Assembly: GCA_965248445.1 (NCBI GenBank)
Contig: CBDFJG010000003.1
Span: forward strand, 1,024,001 to 1,088,000
Direction: 5' to 3'
DNA length: 64,000 nt
Source: Planctomycetota bacterium
GTDB lineage: Bacteria; Planctomycetota; JAJSAM01; JAJVHW01
The notes beneath the pieces were generated by a model, which had not been told where the DNA came from, searched no databases, and saw nothing but the letters and a program-made list of their open reading frames with translations. Below are positions 59,908-64,000 of the stretch, one piece after another (positions within the stretch are counted from its first letter, which is position 1; the number at the start of each line of letters is the position of its first letter). The translations under genes and the position numbers were made by a program.

Positions 59908-60925
59908 AGCAGTAGTGCCCGTAGTAGCCGTGGAAGAAGCGGCCCTCCTGCCGGCCGTGCAGCCGCACGTCGGAGTGGTCCAGGTCCAGCACGAGCAGGC
60001 CCGGATCCTCCGGCCCCATGGCCTCGCAGAAGACGTCGCTGAGCACGCTGTCCACGCGCTCCTGGTCCATCTCGATCTTGGCGTAGCGCGTCTGTGCCGT
60101 GGCGCCGAGCTGCGTGGTCTCGAGCCGCGAGAGCGTCGGGTGCGTGGCCAGAGCACCCTCGCGCTTGCCGCACGCCGCGGCAAACAGCGGGTCCTTGCCG
60201 ACATGGTCGTGGTCCACCAGATCCTCGTAGCCCGCGCACAGCCCGAAGACCCGCTGACGCAGCATCTGGCCGACCGTGTGCTCGACCCGACGCGGGTCCC
60301 GGTGGTCCCCGAAGCAGCGCGCAAACCGCGAGAGCAGATCGATGCGACGATCGGTCCGCTCGAGCAGCAGCACGCCCCCGTCGCTCGTCACGGTACCGGC
60401 GTCGAAGCGCGTCACCGCGGTGCGTCCACAGATGCCCGCGAAGAGGGTCCCCTGCGGGCTACAGTCTGTCGTCATCGGGCCGGCGCTCCTGTCGGTGCAA
60501 GTACTGGCGCGTACGAGCACTTAGACAGACGACGGCCCGCTCAGATTCCCGGCTGGTGAACGATTCGGGCTAGCGCCGCACACTCCCGCTGCCCCCGCTG
60601 ACGGTCTTACACGCCGCGGCGGCGCTGCGCAAGTGGGCTCGTTCATCTCCCGTTCATGTTCCCGTGTGGGGGCGGGAGACGCGGAGACGCTGGGCTCGGG
60701 CATCCAGATGCTCTCCTTCGCGACAGCCGCTCGCGACGTACCGCAGGTGCAGGTCCACCGCTACACGTGTGAACGGGCTTGGACGGGCTCGCCCGCCAAG
60801 AAATCCGAAACAGTCGGCGCAGCCAACCCACAGAGACGAGTCGCGACGGACCGGCTAGCGGTGCAGAAATGGCGCTGCCGCAACACGGCCTCGCCTCGGA
60901 GCGCGTGCCTCGAGGGGAGCACACG

Positions 60926-61429
60926 ATGAGCGAGCACGAGTTCAAGGTCATCCCGCCGGACGACGTCCGTGACCGCCAGGAGCGGAAGAAGGCCGTCATC
61001 ACCCGCGCGTTCGAGGGCGGGTCAGTGGAGGCGTTCGCGTACCTGTCGGACTCGGGGTTCCTCGCGGTCCCCGAGGAGCTGTGGGGCTGCACTGGCTGCA
61101 TGGAGGATCACACGCTGCACATGGACGGAGACCGCGCTCTCACCGTCCGGCCACCGGGATGTGGATGGCACCCGCTCAGCCGGCAGCAGCACGTCATCCA
61201 CGTCCCCACGGGCATCTCGCTCGGCCCCATCCCGGAGTACTGGCACGAGTTCACCGCCCTTGCACTGATGGACCTGTTGGACGGCCCCCGTTGGGCAAGT
61301 AGCGACCCGGAGCTGATTATGAACAGCCCAGGGCTGCACGAGTTCGTGAAGGCCGCCGCCGGGGCGATGAAGCCGACGTACGACCTGCTCGAGGAGCGGC
61401 GCCTCGCCGCGGAGGGGAGCAAGGCGTGA
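60926..61429 (+). CDS. Hypothetical protein (element cargo)
   Basis: GGGGAG RBS, codon bias, stop overlaps next start. Confidence 0.6.
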   Translation: MSEHEFKVIPPDDVRDRQERKKAVITRAFEGGSVEAFAYLSDSGFLAVPEELWGCTGCMEDHTLHMDGDRALTVRPPGCGWHPLSRQQHVIHVPTGISLGPIPEYWHEFTALALMDLLDGPRWASSDPELIMNSPGLHEFVKAAAGAMKPTYDLLEERRLAAEGSKA

Positions 61430-61794
61430 CCCGGCGCACGATCGTCACCCTGTGCGGCTCGTCACGCTTCATCGACGTGATGGCGGTCGCCGCGTGGCAC
61501 GAGGAGAAGGCCGGCAAGATCGCGCTCTCGTGCCACCTGCTGCCGGATTGGTACGGCGCAGCATCGTCGCACCAGGCGGAGGTGGAAGGCGTAGCGGAGC
61601 AGATGGATGCCTTGCACCTGGACAAGCTCTCGATGTCCGACGAGATCCTCGTGGTGGACGTCGATGGCTACATCGGCGAGAGCACCGCGAACGAGGTCCG
61701 GCATGCGACGCGGCTGGGCATCCGAGTGCGGTCCCTGAACCGCGAGAGCCCAGAGTGGCTCCGTCGCCTCTCCCGCACGAGCGCGACCGAATGA
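61426..61794 (+). CDS. Phage-type nucleoside deoxyribosyltransferase-like protein
   Basis: TLCGSSRF...LHLDKLSMSDEILVVDVDGYIGESTANE motif typical of small phage NDT-fold proteins. Confidence 0.65.
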   Translation: MTRRTIVTLCGSSRFIDVMAVAAWHEEKAGKIALSCHLLPDWYGAASSHQAEVEGVAEQMDALHLDKLSMSDEILVVDVDGYIGESTANEVRHATRLGIRVRSLNRESPEWLRRLSRTSATE

Positions 61795-62132
61795 CCCTCA
61801 CTAACACCTTGCCGGAGATCCTGAACGCCGCGGCGATCGAGAGGCTGGTCAACCTGAAGAAGGCCACCCTGATGCGCCTGGAGTGGCGCCGCGCGCACAA
61901 CTTCCCGGGCCAGCGCATCGACGGGGACGTCTACGTCAGCCGGGATGCGTTTCTGGAGTGGCTCTCCGAAATGCCACCAGATCCCTCACCGCGAGACGCT
62001 CAGCATCCTGAGGAGCCCAGCGACCGTACAGACGCAGGGCCAGCACCCCGTGGTCCGCGTGGCCGAGCAACCGAGCTACTGTCGGCAAGGAACAGCCAGC
62101 TTGCACAAGATGAGAGGCGTACACATGCCTGA
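61791..62132 (+). CDS. Putative excisionase/AlpA-like HTH protein
   Basis: EILNAAAIERLVNLKKATL..FP..VYVSRDAFLEWL; convergent to integrase. Confidence 0.55.
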   Translation: MTLTNTLPEILNAAAIERLVNLKKATLMRLEWRRAHNFPGQRIDGDVYVSRDAFLEWLSEMPPDPSPRDAQHPEEPSDRTDAGPAPRGPRGRATELLSARNSQLAQDERRTHA

Positions 62133-63033
62133 GCTGGTGAACCGTCAGCCGGACGTGCTTCGCAGCCGCGCACGCGTGGCCGAGCGCTCGCAGCATGCCG
62201 TACGGGGACCGCGGTGCGAAGACGGCCCCTTCCGGCGACTCAGCGCGCCCGTGCAGCGCGACCAAGGCCGCGAGCGCGTCGTCCGTCAACGGGACGCGAC
62301 GACGCGCTGCGGGTGTCTTCCCGCTCCTCACATACACGTTCGGGTCCTGTCCGGTCAGCGTGACATCATCCCACGACAGGGCGCGCGCCTCGCCGGAGCG
62401 GAGGCCCGTACCCGCGATGACCGTGAGGATGGGGCGCTGGAAGTCAGTCGCGTGCAACAGGAGCTTGCGCAGGTCGGCCGGATCGACCCACGGGACCTCG
62501 GTCTCGTCGGGCGCCTTGAGGACAAGGCCATCGAACGGGTTGACGTCCGCGAGCCGATGCGTGATGGCGTCGCGCCACGTGCCGCGCAGCGTTCGCACGA
62601 GTCGCTGGATGTACCCGGGCTTCAGCTCCTCGGCGGCCAGGTCCGCGCAGAACTGCTGCGCGTGAGCCGCGGTCACGCGGGACATCGGTGGATCCCCGTT
62701 CTCGGCCAGCCAGTTCGAGAACCGCGCGATGTGGACGCGGGCGCTGGCGCACGAGCCCTCCGCGAGACGGGAGCGCAGGATCGCCAGGTAGCTGTCGAGC
62801 GTCCACGCGAGCAGCGTCATCTCGACCGGCGGGGGCGCGTCCTCGTTCTCGAGCGCGTGACGGAGCGAGATCATCTCGGACTCGGCGGCGCGGAGCGTGT
62901 GTGCGCGCAGCCGGCGCATCGTCCGCTTGCCGGTCAGTGGGTGCGTGAAGCGGGCGTAGAGCCGCCCGTTCCGGCGCTTGATCGAGCCCCACCCGCGTCT
63001 GGTCTGCCGTCCCACTATGGGTACGGTACCCAT
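61936..63033 (-). CDS. Tyrosine recombinase/integrase
   Basis: TGLRSGE, GKT, HQLRHVYAS, LLGH, catalytic Y; adjacent to tRNA. Confidence 0.92.
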   Translation of the reverse strand: MGTVPIVGRQTRRGWGSIKRRNGRLYARFTHPLTGKRTMRRLRAHTLRAAESEMISLRHALENEDAPPPVEMTLLAWTLDSYLAILRSRLAEGSCASARVHIARFSNWLAENGDPPMSRVTAAHAQQFCADLAAEELKPGYIQRLVRTLRGTWRDAITHRLADVNPFDGLVLKAPDETEVPWVDPADLRKLLLHATDFQRPILTVIAGTGLRSGEARALSWDDVTLTGQDPNVYVRSGKTPAARRRVPLTDDALAALVALHGRAESPEGAVFAPRSPYGMLRALGHACAAAKHVRLTVHQLRHVYASHLVQAGCSLPTVARLLGHADHGVLALRLYGRWAPQDAERLAVRDLVAFRRATPETHPG

Positions 63034-63079
63034 CCTGTTTTCCGATTTCAGCCCAATTCGAGCCTGAAAACTGTCGGAG

Positions 63080-63153
63080 TGGTTGCCGGACTAGGATTCG
63101 AACCTAGATAACCAGAACCAGAAACTGGTGTCCTGCCGTTAGACGATCCGGCA
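63080..63153 (-). tRNA. tRNA-Gln(CUG)
   Basis: TGCCGGA acceptor stem, CTG anticodon, CTAGG-TTCGAAT-CCTAG T arm, encoded CCA. Confidence 0.92.
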
Positions 63154-63275
63154 AACGCACCCCGCGAAGTCGCGTTCCCGCATCGCTGCGGGACGGGCGA
63201 GAAGGCTACTCAGGGCTGCGACTCAGGCAAGTTCGGGGGCACCGAGGCGATCGCCGCGTGCCGGACGAGCCGGGC

Positions 63276-63518
63276 TCAGTCCGCCGGTTCGAACGGTTCG
63301 GCTGTGGGGTCGCCCTCGACGGCGCGCCGCACGATGTCGAGGCGCTCCTCGGCTGCCGTGAGCACCTTGCGGCAGGCCGCCAGGTGCTTCATCGCCTCGG
63401 CGTAGAGATCGATCGAGTCCTCGAGCGCCACGTCCCCCGCCTCGAGGCGTTGCACGGCGCTTTCCACGGCCTCGAGGTGATCCTCGAATGCCGGCTCGGG
63501 CTGTTTCTTCTCGCTCAC
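63276..63518 (-). CDS. xseB: Exodeoxyribonuclease VII small subunit
   Basis: FEDHLEAVESAVQRLEAGDVALEDSIDLY..C..L..AE. Confidence 0.92.
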   Translation of the reverse strand: MSEKKQPEPAFEDHLEAVESAVQRLEAGDVALEDSIDLYAEAMKHLAACRKVLTAAEERLDIVRRAVEGDPTAEPFEPAD

Positions 63519-64000
63519 GATCTCTCCTCCGGCGGCGCTGTCCGCTGGACCACGGACACGATCGAGCCATCGTCCAGCCGCGTCGAGATCGTATCGCCGG
63601 CCGCGATTTCCGCCGCGCGGCGCAGCGGACGCCGATCGCCGTCGCGCGTCGTGATCGAGTAGCCCCGCGCCAGCACGTTCAAGGGCGACACGGCGCCAAG
63701 GTGCGCGGCCGCGGCCGTCAGTTGATCTCGGGCGCCGGCGACCCGCTGTTCGAGTGAGCGCGTCGCGCGACGCTCCCACTCGTCCACGTCCTGCGCCACG
63801 CGGCGCATAAGCTCGACCGGCCGCGCGAGGGCGTGCGACCGCGCGAGCGCGTCCACCCGTTCGCCCGCGCGGACCAGCCGCCCGTCGATGGAGCGGGCCA
63901 ACCGCGCGCGCAGTTCGGCCAGCCGCAGCGCGACCTCTTCGCTCTCGACGAACAGGAGCTCGGCCGCCTCGCTCGGCGTCGCGGCGCGGGCGTCGGCGCT
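63515..64000 (-). CDS. xseA: Exodeoxyribonuclease VII large subunit (5' partial)
   Basis: AATPSEAAE, SPLNVLARGYSI; directly upstream of xseB. Confidence 0.92.
   Translation of the reverse strand, partial: SADARAATPSEAAELLFVESEEVALRLAELRARLARSIDGRLVRAGERVDALARSHALARPVELMRRVAQDVDEWERRATRSLEQRVAGARDQLTAAAAHLGAVSPLNVLARGYSITTRDGDRRPLRRAAEIAAGDTISTRLDDGSIVSVVQRTAPPEERS

Larger units (their letters stand above)
57847..60569 (-). mobile_element. IS1380-family element, copy 3, transposase disrupted by IS1595
   Basis: Same ends; CTAG at 57843-57846 and 60570-60573; length 1669+1046+8. Confidence 0.93.

Noticed and set aside
57843..60573. IS1380-mediated deletion as the cause of the prophage truncation
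   Set aside because: Joined flanks form one continuous hairpin, suggesting they are the original collinear site

Overview
Very GC-rich bacterial chromosomal segment; gene content and protein style suggest Planctomycetota (inference). Housekeeping genes: moeB, livKHMGF, PLP decarboxylase, RNase HII-like, fhs, gpmI, degenerate pgi-like, ssb, EF-G paralog, tatD, serS, Sec-containing selD, tRNA-Gln, xseAB. A dispersed type IV pilus system comprises a sigma54-type minor-pilin operon with very unusual inserts, pilD, and pilT-pilB-pilC-pilA directly followed by a glycosylation cluster with a TMTC-like GT-C transferase. There is also a MoxR/VIT-vWA module. Mobile DNA: two abutting IS66-family elements, three IS1380 copies all inserted at CTAG (two in tandem, one interrupted by an IS1595), an 8-bp footprint-like frameshift, a tRNA-Thr remnant and a truncated integrase element at tRNA-Gln. 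Most notable: a PilX-like protein with a predicted ~180-aa beta-hairpin insert, a candidate TMTC-type pilin glycosylation pathway, a structured ~320-nt leader before an OmpA/MotB-like gene, a 20-bp-phased CTGACA array before ssb, and features missed by the ORF track (the Sec codon in selD, a 48-aa Zn-ribbon protein). All calls come from reading motifs by eye; no database searches were run.
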